Source: an uncultured Bacilli bacterium
GTDB taxonomy: Bacteria; Bacillota_I; Bacilli_A; RF39; UBA660
Length of the DNA: 64,000 nucleotides
NCBI GenBank assembly: GCA_949025205.1
Contig: CARMXJ010000002.1
Coordinates: 48-64,047, forward strand
Reading direction: 5' to 3'
Position numbers and translations under genes: made by a program. Positions within the stretch are counted from its first letter, which is position 1; each line of letters begins with the position of its first letter. Below are positions 19,793-29,339 of this stretch, in pieces. The notes beneath the pieces are model-generated. The model was not told the origin of the DNA and ran no database searches. It saw only the letters and a program-made list of their open reading frames with translations.

Positions 19793-19876
19793 GGAGGGAT
19801 AGCGAAGTGGTCAAACGCGGCAGACTGTAAATCTGTTCCTTCGGGTTCCATGGTTCAAATCCATGTCCCTCCACCA
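19793..19876 (+). tRNA. tRNA-Tyr (GTA)
   Basis: 84 nt with a long variable arm; anticodon loop CTGTAAA; acceptor GGAGGGA...TCCCTCC-A-CCA. Confidence 0.85.
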
Positions 19877-19889
19877 TTTCTTAATTTAT

Positions 19890-19965
19890 TGCCTCGTAGC
19901 CAAGTGGTAAGGCATCAGACTTTGACTCTGACATTCCGGTGGTTCGAACCCACCCGAGGCAGCCA
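19890..19965 (+). tRNA. tRNA-Gln (TTG)
   Basis: U1-A72 start (TGCCTCG...CGAGGCA-G-CCA); anticodon stem-loop TCAGA-CTTTGAC-TCTGA. Confidence 0.8.
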
Positions 19966-19977
19966 TTTTTAATTTTT

Positions 19978-20053
19978 GATCCGCTAGCTCAGTTGGTAGA
20001 GCATTTGACTTTTAATCAAAGGGTCTTGGGTTCGAATCCCAAGCGGGTCACCA
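19978..20053 (+). tRNA. tRNA-Lys (TTT)
   Basis: Anticodon stem-loop TTTGA-CTTTTAA-TCAAA; acceptor GATCCGC...GCGGGTC-A-CCA. Confidence 0.85.
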
Positions 20054-20124
20054 AATTGGTTTATTAACTCGAGTTTTAAAAATTCGAGTTTTATTTTAAC
20101 TAAATGTTTAAGAAGAGGTTATTT

Positions 20125-20997
20125 ATGGAAGAGATAAAGGAATTATTAGAAAATGATAGTTATTTTCAAGGAAAAGAATACCTTGTTTTTCCTATTCAAA
20201 AATGGAATAAAAGTCACAAATTTTTACTTGAAATGCAGAATACAAAGTATCTTTTAATAATAGGTGAAAAGAATATTCAAAAATATAAACTTCGTTTTCT
20301 TGCATTAGGAAATTATTTTAAACAGTTAGTTGGTTTCAAATATATAAATGATAAAGATAATATACTTTTATTAGATTATTATGGAAATGGAGAAGGTAAA
20401 ACTTTATCTCAATGCAATTTTAATACAGAAGAAAACGAATTAATTGCTGATAAGCTAAAAATACTATTAGATAGTATACATCAACATAAAAGTCCTTTTA
20501 TTAATTTTTCCACTCGTTTTGAAAATAATACTTGGTATGAATTTATTAAATCTTATATGAAGTTATATGCAGATTATGCCTTAGAACAAAAAGATTTAAC
20601 AGAAGAGGATTATTATTTTATTTTTCAAATAATAGAAAAAAATAAACCTTATTTTGATACAGTTCCTTTGCATTATTTACATGGAGGTGTTAATGAAGAT
20701 AATGTTTGTTTTAATGAAAATACAAAAGAATTGTATTTAATTGATTATGATGATTTTTTAGTAGGAGATATTTTGTATGAATATGCTAGAATATTTCAAT
20801 ACGAGAATATTCCGGCATTTCAGATTTTAAAGAATAGGTACTACGAAGATATAGAGAACAATGAAATATTTTTAATTTATACTTTAAGAAATTGGTTACT
20901 TTGCTATTGTTTTGAGAGTAGTAATCAGTTTGAATATAAAAATTCATCAGTTATGTATCATAATATTTTAAAAAAATTGAAGAAAATTAATAATTAA
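20125..20997 (+). CDS. phosphotransferase (APH/choline-kinase-like) family protein
   Basis: HGGVNEDNVCF...LIDYDDFLVGDILYEYARI matches the HxDxxxxN...D Brenner/DFG-like motifs of the APH family. The ATG at 20125 follows an AAGAGG RBS; the track starts at 20104. Confidence 0.5.
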   Translation: MEEIKELLENDSYFQGKEYLVFPIQKWNKSHKFLLEMQNTKYLLIIGEKNIQKYKLRFLALGNYFKQLVGFKYINDKDNILLLDYYGNGEGKTLSQCNFNTEENELIADKLKILLDSIHQHKSPFINFSTRFENNTWYEFIKSYMKLYADYALEQKDLTEEDYYFIFQIIEKNKPYFDTVPLHYLHGGVNEDNVCFNENTKELYLIDYDDFLVGDILYEYARIFQYENIPAFQILKNRYYEDIENNEIFLIYTLRNWLLCYCFESSNQFEYKNSSVMYHNILKKLKKINN

Positions 20998-21147
20998 CAA
21001 AATAACTTATTAAAGTTAATGATAGGAGGCAAGAATATGCTTAAATACCCGAGGAGAATGCATGGTGGCGTTTTATGGGCAAAAATAGAAATTCTTGAGC
21101 AAGATTAAACTCCTTTATTTAAAAAATTAGAATGAAGGAGATAAAAT

Positions 21148-21576
21148 ATGAAATATGAAGATAAGAAAATTGTTGGAATTATAGCATCCAATGTTTCTGC
21201 ACCCGTTGCATTAAATGTTATTGGACATCTTTCGGTTGCTATAGGAAAATATGCAGAAGCAGACATTATGGGAAAACCTGTATTAATGGATAAATCGGGT
21301 GTTCCTCATTTAGGAATTAGTCAATTTTTTTTTATTGTGACTAAGGTAAAGACAAGTAAGTTAAAAGAAACGATTCATAAAGCAAAAAGTAATCCAAATT
21401 TATTAGTTGCTGATTATCCAAAAGAAATGTTAGAAACACGTACGGATGCTGAACTTGTAGATGCTATAGCGCAAAAAGAAAATGATGCGTTAGAATATTT
21501 GGGAGCTATCATTTATGGGAATACAGAAGATGTCAATGAAATTACAGGAAGATTTCAACTTTGGAAAATAGATTAA
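21148..21576 (+). CDS. DUF2000-like small protein
   Basis: 142 aa. The pattern VGIIASNVSAPVALNVIGHLSVAIG...GISQFF is reminiscent of DUF2000 (Pth2-like fold). Low certainty. Confidence 0.4.
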   Translation: MKYEDKKIVGIIASNVSAPVALNVIGHLSVAIGKYAEADIMGKPVLMDKSGVPHLGISQFFFIVTKVKTSKLKETIHKAKSNPNLLVADYPKEMLETRTDAELVDAIAQKENDALEYLGAIIYGNTEDVNEITGRFQLWKID

Positions 21577-21584
21577 TTTTTGTT

Positions 21585-21626
21585 AAAACACATAATTGCC
21601 AAAAATTGGTAAAATGTGTTTTTTCT
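21585..21626 (+). terminator. rho-independent terminator
   Basis: 9-bp stem aaaacacat (21585-93) / atgtgtttt (21614-22) with an 18-nt loop, then a T-rich run. Confidence 0.6.
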
Positions 21627-21799
21627 TGTTTTAATAGTTTGTAAAAAAAGTTGTAAATATATAAGGATACAACTTTTTTAATGCTTAAAAATGGGGAAAA
21701 AATAAATAAAATTCCCTTATTCGACATTTTAATAAGAATTAGTTTTATATACTGTGAGTAAACAAATTATTGTGTATTCCGCTATATATAAGTCATTTT

Positions 21800-21813
21800 A
21801 ACGATGTGTCGTT
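21800..21813. promoter_or_regulatory. palindromic operator-like site AACGATGTGTCGTT upstream of the XRE regulator gene
   Basis: Inverted repeat AACGAT/ATCGTT. A near-identical 20-nt block (ATTTTAACGATGTrTCGTTA) recurs at 26013-26035. Confidence 0.5.
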
Positions 21814-21862
21814 AATAAGTTTTGCATTTTAGTTGGTATACTTGAAACGTAAGGTGGTTAAT

Positions 21863-22102
21863 ATGAAATTATCTAGCGCAGTGTCAAAAAAAATTTTAAA
21901 GATATGTCAAGAAAAAGATATATCGATCAATATGCTTGCTTCCTTATGTTGCGTTACCCAAAGTACAGCACAGAGTTTAATAGATGGTAAATCAAAAAAT
22001 CCAAAACTATTAACCATTATTCGTGTTTGTCAAGGTTTGGATATTCCGTTAAAGGAATTTTTTAACGATAGTTTGTTTGATAATATAGAAAGGGAAGATT
22101 AA
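21863..22102 (+). CDS. XRE-family helix-turn-helix transcriptional regulator
   Basis: HTH_3-like segment (ISINMLASLCCVTQSTAQSLIDGKSKNPKLLTIIRVCQGLDIPL). AAGGTGG RBS before the ATG at 21863. Confidence 0.7.
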   Translation: MKLSSAVSKKILKICQEKDISINMLASLCCVTQSTAQSLIDGKSKNPKLLTIIRVCQGLDIPLKEFFNDSLFDNIERED

Positions 22103-22330
22103 ATGAAACAAATGAAAGAAACAGATAAAATAACTACAATTGTTTTAGATGATGGTGATGTATTAGAAATCATCTCTTTAAGAAAAGGCAATAATAGAGT
22201 TGTGGTTAAATGTTTAGATTCTGTATTACATATTGATGAACTATCTTTAGAGGAGATAGAACAAATGCAAAAGGAAAAAGAGGAAATTAATAAAATGGAT
22301 AAGTATTTAGAGGAACACGGTGAAGAGTAA
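22103..22330 (+). CDS. small acidic hypothetical protein, translationally coupled to the XRE gene
   Basis: Its start overlaps the upstream stop (TAAATG). 75 aa with no recognisable domain. Confidence 0.45.
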   Translation: MKQMKETDKITTIVLDDGDVLEIISLRKGNNRVVVKCLDSVLHIDELSLEEIEQMQKEKEEINKMDKYLEEHGEE

Positions 22331-22414
22331 TTTTTGTTCCTTTCTTAAGAAATTCTTGGAAATGTCTTGCAATTTTAAAATGTCTATACTATAATGGTAT
22401 TGCATTTTTAGTTT

Positions 22415-22491
22415 GCACCCATAGCTCAATTGGATAGAGCGCTAGACTACGGATCTAGAGGTTAGGGGTTCGACTCCCTTTGGGTGCACCA
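22415..22491 (+). tRNA. tRNA-Arg (ACG)
   Basis: Anticodon stem-loop CTAGA-CTACGGA-TCTAG; acceptor GCACCCA...TGGGTGC-A-CCA. Confidence 0.85.
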
Positions 22492-22543
22492 TTTAAATTT
22501 TTTGTAGCATTTTTTTAAAATGATGCTATAATATAGTATGTAT

Positions 22544-22620
22544 CGGGAAGTGGCTCAACTTGGTAGAGCACTTGGTTTGGGACCAAGGGGTTGCAGGTTC
22601 AAATCCTGTCTTCCCGACCA
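22544..22620 (+). tRNA. tRNA-Pro (TGG)
   Basis: Anticodon stem-loop CTTGG-TTTGGGA-CCAAG; acceptor CGGGAAG...CTTCCCG-A-CCA. Confidence 0.85.
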
Positions 22621-22945
22621 TTTAGGAATATTAAAAGGATATCTTATTGGGATATCTTTTTTATTGCAACTCCTTGGCCTTAATAACAAGAAGTAATATA
22701 AATTTAAATTTTTATTTTACAAAATAATTTTTGCATCTCTATTTCTTGTATCTCAAACCTAGTGCCTTGGTCATGAATTTTGCCAGGTCTAGCCCCCTTC
22801 CCGAGAAATACCTATTTTAAAAGTTATTCTAATTTTACCTTGTTCCATTCATTTTAAAAATTCTTCAAAACTTTTTGTGTTAAAAAGGTTGTAATCTTGT
22901 CTTGTTTGTTTTATTATAGTTTGCAAAACAAAGGAGATGGAAGAA

Positions 22946-23329
22946 ATGTTAAAAACAGATATAGGTTATTGGAACAATTCCAAGGATAGAGAAAATAATT
23001 TAGTTCCTAGTTTAGACACAGGATTATTAGCAATGAATTATTATGATATGAATGGTGGAGTATTTGAAAATGGAAATTATGCTGTATTGCCTTTGTCACC
23101 TATTGATACTTTAATTTGCTCTTATAAAGCAGAAAAAATAGATAATAAAAGAATAGCACACCAATTAAATAAAGATTTGCAAAAGTTAAGCATTAATTTA
23201 GGGTATGTTATAGATGAAGAATTTGTGAAGTCTAGAATTGTAAATATATATGAAATGTATGATTCTTTTTGTAAGAGCTATGTAAGTAGTGTTTCTTATA
23301 GACAATCACATCCTTATAGAAGAGGCTAG
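22946..23329 (+). CDS. hypothetical protein
   Basis: ORF with a GGAG RBS. The second ATG was preferred because the first abuts the RBS. No domain recognised. Confidence 0.4.
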   Translation: MLKTDIGYWNNSKDRENNLVPSLDTGLLAMNYYDMNGGVFENGNYAVLPLSPIDTLICSYKAEKIDNKRIAHQLNKDLQKLSINLGYVIDEEFVKSRIVNIYEMYDSFCKSYVSSVSYRQSHPYRRG

Positions 23330-23455
23330 TCCTTTTTAACTTCTTAAGAAAACAATATTTTCTCGTTTTACGAGAATTTTTTCTTTTGTTCTCCGCATCT
23401 ATAAATACCATTTTTTTTCTTTTTCATAAGGTATGATAGAGGGAGGATTGGTTTT

Positions 23456-24244
23456 TTGAGTAGGGTATTAAAGAATGCAAGGAATCAAATTGTCCGTAAA
23501 TATAATTTTTTTATTCATAAAGGAGTAGATGTGGTAAAAGAGAAAAATAAAATTTCGGAAATTCTTTCTCATAGTGATGGTGTTGTATTTTTTGTTGGAA
23601 AAGAAGAGAATACTTTTAATAAAAAAGAAAGTTATGGAAATTTTGTTATTTTGGAGCATGAAAATGGTTATTTTACTTTGTATGCACATTTAGAAGAAAT
23701 TTTTGTAACAGTAGGGGAAAAAGTAATGCAGGGAGATATTATTGGAGTTATGGGAGCAAGTGGAACAAAACATAGTCATTTACATTTTGAAGTTCGAAAT
23801 GTAAAAAATAAACATATTAATCCTACAAAGTATTTAGATGCGGATTTACCAAAAAATAAAGATAGAACAACGATTCGTTATCAAGCATATGATAATATAG
23901 AAAAAAAATGGCTACCTCTTGTAAGTGGTAAAGAAAGTTATGCTGGTGTATTTGGGAATCCTATTGGGGCTATATTATTGTATTGTAATAAAAATATAAA
24001 GTATTTCGTTTATCAAAAAGGGCAATGGGTTTTGTATGAAACAAATAAGAATGAAAATCAAGAGATTCATTATACGAATATTTCAGGTTTTAAAATAGAA
24101 AGCGATAGTGAAGTATTGAAATATCGTGTGCATTTTTTGAATTCTTCTTGGAGTTCATGGGTGTGTTCAAATAATAAAGAGAGTATTTTTAGTAAAGGAA
24201 AAGTAATAGATGCCATACAAATAAAGTTGATGGAGGAGGACTAG
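23456..24244 (+). CDS. M23 (LytM-type) peptidase domain protein with C-terminal extension
   Basis: HENGYFTLYAHL...GASGTKHSHLHFEVR contains the HxxxD/HxH zinc-ligand motifs of M23 peptidases. Confidence 0.6.
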   Translation: MSRVLKNARNQIVRKYNFFIHKGVDVVKEKNKISEILSHSDGVVFFVGKEENTFNKKESYGNFVILEHENGYFTLYAHLEEIFVTVGEKVMQGDIIGVMGASGTKHSHLHFEVRNVKNKHINPTKYLDADLPKNKDRTTIRYQAYDNIEKKWLPLVSGKESYAGVFGNPIGAILLYCNKNIKYFVYQKGQWVLYETNKNENQEIHYTNISGFKIESDSEVLKYRVHFLNSSWSSWVCSNNKESIFSKGKVIDAIQIKLMEED

Positions 24245-24672
24245 TTTCCTTTTTTTGATTGATACTAAATTTTTGATTAAATTAAAATGAAAAGTCCCGT
24301 TTTGAATAAAGTAAGAATTTGTGGAAGTAAAATCTCACTAAAATGAAAAAGAGAATAAAAAAATGACCAAAGTAGACTTATTAATCCGTGATAAAAAGGC
24401 AATAGTACAATCATTTTCAAGACTAAACTCCCATTGCTTAAATAATAAGTAAAATAAAAATTTAAAAGTATATTAAATTATAAAAAGGAAAAAAGCAATA
24501 TAAATAACCAATAAAGATGAACTTTATTGGTGAAAATATTCTACCTATATATATTAGTCAAGGGTCAAGATAAACTCATTTCAATCGCCCTTGACTAAAA
24601 TTTCAAAGGCTTATCCCTCGTTCATATAAAATCGGGAGTTTTGAATTTTAATTAATCTTTGTTAACTTTTGC

Positions 24673-24701
24673 TTGACATTTTATTTGAATTTTGGTATTA
24701 T
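24673..24701 (+). promoter_or_regulatory. promoter TTGACA-17-TATTAT embedded in a 23-nt motif shared with locus 45952
   Basis: TTGACA at 24673-78 and TATTAT at 24696-701. The surrounding TTGTTAACTTTTGCTTGACATTT is identical to 45952-45974. Confidence 0.55.
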
Positions 24702-24732
24702 ACATTGCAATTAAAAAAGGGGGAAAAAGATT

Positions 24733-25611
24733 ATGGTAAATAATCAAGAAATAGCAGAAAAATTAGAACAAATTAAATCAGAAGTTACGAGTTATATTTA
24801 TGAGAATATGAATGAAGATTTTCAAGGGAAAATGAATAGTCCAGAAGGTGCAGAAGCAACATTTACTACTGAAAATGGTTCAGAAGTTCAATTTACATCT
24901 TTTCAAGATTTTATAGAAAGGTTTGTAGTTGTAGAAACTACAGGAAAAGTATTGGATAAACCATTTGAATTTAATTTTCGTAGTTCTATGATGGATTATG
25001 GATGTGGTACTATTTTTAGTGGTAAATATGGTATTGCATTTTGGAATGTAGGAAATGATGAAATGAAACCTACTATTAAACCTTTTAAAAAATTTTTAGG
25101 AAGAAAGAGTTTTCATTTTGCTGATAAAGCCTTTTCAGAAATACTTCCTTTGCTTGAGGAATTTACTAGAGATATAAAAACAATTCAACCAATGGAAGGA
25201 ACAAAGCAATTTTTAATAAAACAAGAAGATGTTTTAAAGAAGGATGAAGTAACAGAAATATCTTTAAGGAAAGAAGCGTCTCAATCTGATGTTCAAATTC
25301 ATCAAGAACAAGTAGCATGTATAGCAGGGACAGAAACATATACAGAAATGGTAGATGGAGTAGAATATGAATACGAATTATGTGGTGAGTGCGGAAATAA
25401 AATGAATTATTGTACAAAAGAGCAAGAACATATCCACAATTATATTGGAGAAAATGATAATCAATCCTATGAAGGAATAAATACAAGGGAAGGATTAGAA
25501 ACAATAAAAGATACATTAGTCTATTGTCAAATGTGTTCAAGTTATTCTGATGTTGATTTAAGTTTAAATAGTGAAGAAGTGGATACGCCATCTTCTGGAA
25601 TAAAAATGTAG
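24733..25611 (+). CDS. hypothetical protein with C-terminal CxxC...CxxC zinc-ribbon-like motifs
   Basis: 292 aa with CGECGNKMNYC...CQMCS near the C-terminus and a GGGG RBS. No other recognised domain. Confidence 0.5.
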   Translation: MVNNQEIAEKLEQIKSEVTSYIYENMNEDFQGKMNSPEGAEATFTTENGSEVQFTSFQDFIERFVVVETTGKVLDKPFEFNFRSSMMDYGCGTIFSGKYGIAFWNVGNDEMKPTIKPFKKFLGRKSFHFADKAFSEILPLLEEFTRDIKTIQPMEGTKQFLIKQEDVLKKDEVTEISLRKEASQSDVQIHQEQVACIAGTETYTEMVDGVEYEYELCGECGNKMNYCTKEQEHIHNYIGENDNQSYEGINTREGLETIKDTLVYCQMCSSYSDVDLSLNSEEVDTPSSGIKM

Positions 25612-26019
25612 ATTGAAATAGTTTGGAAAGAATTTAAATGATAAATATTCTTTCTTTTTTAATGTCAATCCTTTATAAACTAAACTTGCTAAAAAACTAT
25701 TTTTATAATACTATGGATGTGTTAAGACAACTTGCATAAAATAAAAAAGGGAATACTTAACTCGCAAATGTTGAGTACTTGCTGCAAATTGGGTTAGCAC
25801 TTAATCTACAGTGTAAATTGAGTGCTTTTTCTTATTATAGATTACTATTTTACTAGAGCAAAAAGTAAGACTATGAGTAAGAAATAATTAAAATAAGAAA
25901 TAGAATCAAAAAATCTTTTTTATGCACATCATCAGCCTGCTCTCTTACGAAGGTTGGCAAGCACTCGAACAACTAAGTTTCCCTAATAGCATTATACTAT
26001 TAATGTGTTAAATATTTTT

Positions 26020-26033
26020 AACGATGTATCGTT
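26020..26033. promoter_or_regulatory. second copy of the palindromic operator-like site AACGATGTATCGTT
   Basis: Same inverted repeat as 21800-21813 with conserved flanks, lying within the putative promoter region of the 26074 gene. Confidence 0.5.
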
Positions 26034-26073
26034 ATGTTTATAAAAAAATTCAAGTTGAAAGGAGTCTAAAAAT

Positions 26074-26749
26074 ATGAAATTAATAACTTTTCAAACTATG
26101 GATGCTTTTAAAGAATTAGTTAATAAAAGTTACTTAGAATGTAATGCAAATTTTATTAATATGAAAAAGGCGGGTCCCACTTATCAATGGGTTTTAAAAA
26201 AAATGAATCAACAAATGGGAAATGAAGAAAATCCTAAGTATCCTTTGTGGTGTTGGGTAAAATTTAAAAATGGAATATGTCCTCCTAAACATAAAGGAGA
26301 ACCAGTGGAAAGTTTTCAGGTTAAAAATTACATTTCATAAAGAACAAAAAGATATATTTATAACAGATTATAGAAGATATTCTTTTTTATTAAATAACAT
26401 GTATATTCCTGATAATAAAAAAGATAAAATAGCTTTTGATAATACTTTACAAAAACTCAATATTACAAAAGAGGAATTAAAAGCCTATGTAAGACCAGAT
26501 AAATACGAAATACATCGTAATGATAAAGAATTTTTGGAAATTTGTGAAAAGATAAGAAAAAGCTTTGAAAAATGCATTACAACAGATAGTGATGTTTTAC
26601 GAGGATGTGTAAGTAGAATTAATCTTTTAGAAGTGGAAAAAATTGAATTGTTGTCTGATACAACTTATCGATATGGTTCTTTTAATTACAAAAGAAGTAA
26701 TGGCAAATCTTTTAATTGGATAAACGATTTTTATAAAAGGTTGAAATAA
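26074..26749 (+). pseudogene. hypothetical gene interrupted by a +1 frameshift at an A5 tract (about 26322-26326)
   Basis: ORF 26074-26340 (frame 1) and ORF 26270-26749 (frame 2) join into one continuous ~225-aa reading frame if a single A is removed from GTTAAAAATTAC (...FQVK|ITFHKEQK...). Confidence 0.55.
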
Positions 26750-26857
26750 TTTTAGATATCCTATTCAATAAATAGTAAAATTAGAAAATTGTCTTTTTCT
26801 TTGTTTTGCTATTTTCTTTTTCCTATAGTATACTAAATAAAGAATAGGGTTGATAGT

Positions 26858-29236
26858 ATGCAAGGGAAAACACTAACAAATACCATGTTACAAAAAATGG
26901 ATGCTTATTTTAGAGCAGCAAATTATTTAAGTGTTGCTCAGCTTTATTTGAAAGATAATCCTCTTTTACAAAGAAAGCTTTCTTTTGATGATATTAAGTC
27001 TAAGTTGGTTGGGCACTGGGGAACAGTACCAGGTCAAAATTTTTGTTATGTGCATTTAAATCGAGTGATTAAAAAATACAATTTAAATATGATTTATATT
27101 TGTGGACCAGGACATGGAGGACAAGCTGTTGTTTCCAATACTTACTTAGAAGGAAGTTATACTGAATTTTATCCTAGTGTGACAGAGGATGTAAAGGGAC
27201 TTACTAAACTATGTAAACAATTTAGTTTTCCTGGAGGAATTGGTTCTCATGCTACTCCCGAAACACCTGGTTCTATTAACGAAGGTGGAGAACTTGGCTA
27301 TAGTTTACTTCATGCCTTTGGAGCAGTCTTTGATAATCCAAGTTTAATTGCCTCTTGTGTGATTGGGGATGGAGAAGCAGAGACAGGACCTCTTGCCACT
27401 AGTTGGCATTCTAATAAATTTTTAAATCCGATTACAGATGGGGCCGTTTTACCGATACTCCATTTAAATGGATATAAAATTGCTAATCCAACTGTACTTT
27501 CAAGAATTAGTGATACGGAGTTAGATGCTTACCTGCGTGGATGTGGTTGGGAGCCTTTCTATGTAAGTGGGGATAATCCTTTAAAAATGCATGAAGATAT
27601 GGCAACAGTAATGGATTTATGTATTGAAAAGATAAAAGAAATACAAAATCATGCCAGAAAGAAAAATGATGCTACCAGACCTATCTGGCCGATGATTGTG
27701 TTACGTACTCCAAAGGGATGGACTGGTCCAAAAGAAATTGATGGCAAAAAAATAGAAGGAAGCTTTAGAGCTCACCAAATTCCAATTGAGGTAACAAAAG
27801 AGCATCCAGAGAGTTTAGAGCGTTTAGAAGAATGGTTAAAAAGTTATCATCCAGAAGAATTGTTTACAAAAGAAGGTAGTTTAAAAAAAGAGTTAAAAGT
27901 TTTAGCTCCGGTTGGGTTTCAAAGGATGGGAGCAAACCCAAATGCGAATGGAGGTTCTTTGTTAATTCCACTTGCATTACCTGATTTTAAAAAATATGGT
28001 GTAAGTGTAGGTAAACCAGGAAGTGTTTTAGCACAAGATATGAAAGAACTTGGAACTTATATTAAAGATGTTATTGAATTAAATCGTGAAAAACATAATT
28101 TTCGTATTTTTGGACCGGATGAAGCATTATCTAATCGTTTGCATTCTGTTTTTGAGGTAACGGACCGAAAGTGGAATGAACGAGTGTTAAACCAAGATGA
28201 ATTTTTAGCAGAAGAAGGCGTTGTACTGGATTCTTATTTGTCGGAGCATGCTTGTGAAGGGTGGTTAGAAGGTTATTTATTAACAGGAAGACATGGCTTT
28301 ATTCATAGTTATGAAGCTTTTATTCGAGTAGTGGATTCTATGGTGAGTCAACATGCAAAATGGTTGAAAATGGCTAGTGATGTTTCATGGCGACGTGATA
28401 TTGCTTCTTTAAATATTATCTTGACTAGCCATGTATGGCAACAAGACCACAATGGTTATACCCACCAAGACCCCGGTTTTTTAAATCATATTATGACAAA
28501 AAAAGCAAGTATTGTAAGAGCGTATTTGCCACCAGATGCCAATACTTTAATTTCTTGTTTTGACCATGTATTACAGACAAAAAATTATGTAAATGTGATT
28601 ATTGCAAGTAAGCATCCAACACCGCAGTGGTTAACGCAAGAAGAAGCGGAAATTCACTGTACAAAAGGGATTGGTATTTGGGGATTTGCTAGTAATGATA
28701 GAGGAGTGGAACCAGATATTGTAATGGCTACGTGTGGAAATATGCCAACTCTTGAAGGACTTGCTGCTGTGAGTATTTTAAGAGAGTATATACCACAGTT
28801 AAAAGTACGTTTTGTAAACGTAGTGGATTTAATGAAATTACAATCTAATTCTTTGCATTCGCATGGATTGAGTGATTTAGATTACGATAGAATCTTTACA
28901 AAAGATAAACCCATTATTTTTGCTTTTCATGGATATGCTAATTTGATTCATGAACTTACGTATCGTAGAACCAATAAGAATTTACATGTTCGAGGATATA
29001 ATGAGGAAGGAAGCATTACTACCCCTTTTGATATGCGTGTTTTAAATGAAGTCGACCGGTTTCATTTGGTGTTACTAGCCCTTAATTATTTAAAAGCATT
29101 TGAAAGTAGTACTGCTTATTGTGCAGAGTATTGTAAGGAAATGCTGATAAAGCACAGAGAATACATAAAAGAATATGGCGTTGATATGCCAGAAGTAGAA
29201 AATTGGGCTTGGGGAAATTTTTCTAAAAAGAAATAA
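26858..29236 (+). CDS. xfp: xylulose-5-phosphate/fructose-6-phosphate phosphoketolase
   Basis: 792 aa; GHWGTVPG and [11 protein letters not shown]-binding motifs; full-length Xfp architecture. Confidence 0.95.
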   Translation: MQGKTLTNTMLQKMDAYFRAANYLSVAQLYLKDNPLLQRKLSFDDIKSKLVGHWGTVPGQNFCYVHLNRVIKKYNLNMIYICGPGHGGQAVVSNTYLEGSYTEFYPSVTEDVKGLTKLCKQFSFPGGIGSHATPETPGSINEGGELGYSLLHAFGAVFDNPSLIASCVIGDGEAETGPLATSWHSNKFLNPITDGAVLPILHLNGYKIANPTVLSRISDTELDAYLRGCGWEPFYVSGDNPLKMHEDMATVMDLCIEKIKEIQNHARKKNDATRPIWPMIVLRTPKGWTGPKEIDGKKIEGSFRAHQIPIEVTKEHPESLERLEEWLKSYHPEELFTKEGSLKKELKVLAPVGFQRMGANPNANGGSLLIPLALPDFKKYGVSVGKPGSVLAQDMKELGTYIKDVIELNREKHNFRIFGPDEALSNRLHSVFEVTDRKWNERVLNQDEFLAEEGVVLDSYLSEHACEGWLEGYLLTGRHGFIHSYEAFIRVVDSMVSQHAKWLKMASDVSWRRDIASLNIILTSHVWQQDHNGYTHQDPGFLNHIMTKKASIVRAYLPPDANTLISCFDHVLQTKNYVNVIIASKHPTPQWLTQEEAEIHCTKGIGIWGFASNDRGVEPDIVMATCGNMPTLEGLAAVSILREYIPQLKVRFVNVVDLMKLQSNSLHSHGLSDLDYDRIFTKDKPIIFAFHGYANLIHELTYRRTNKNLHVRGYNEEGSITTPFDMRVLNEVDRFHLVLLALNYLKAFESSTAYCAEYCKEMLIKHREYIKEYGVDMPEVENWAWGNFSKKK

Positions 29237-29262
29237 AGTGCAAGAATGTACTTTATTTTTTT
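29236..29262 (+). terminator. rho-independent terminator after xfp
   Basis: aagtgca/tgtactt 7-bp stem (one G-U), 4-nt loop, T8 run. Confidence 0.65.
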
Positions 29263-29339
29263 GTGTAAAAAAAGGAAATGAAGGATTTATGTTGTAAATA
29301 TATAGTAGAGGGAGGTAAGTATTTGCATATCAAAAAGTT

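Noticed and set aside
22621-22936. Possible att site or integrated-element boundary downstream of tRNA-Pro
   Set aside because: I could not find a duplicated copy of the tRNA 3' end or an integrase, so it is only mentioned within the accessory-region finding.
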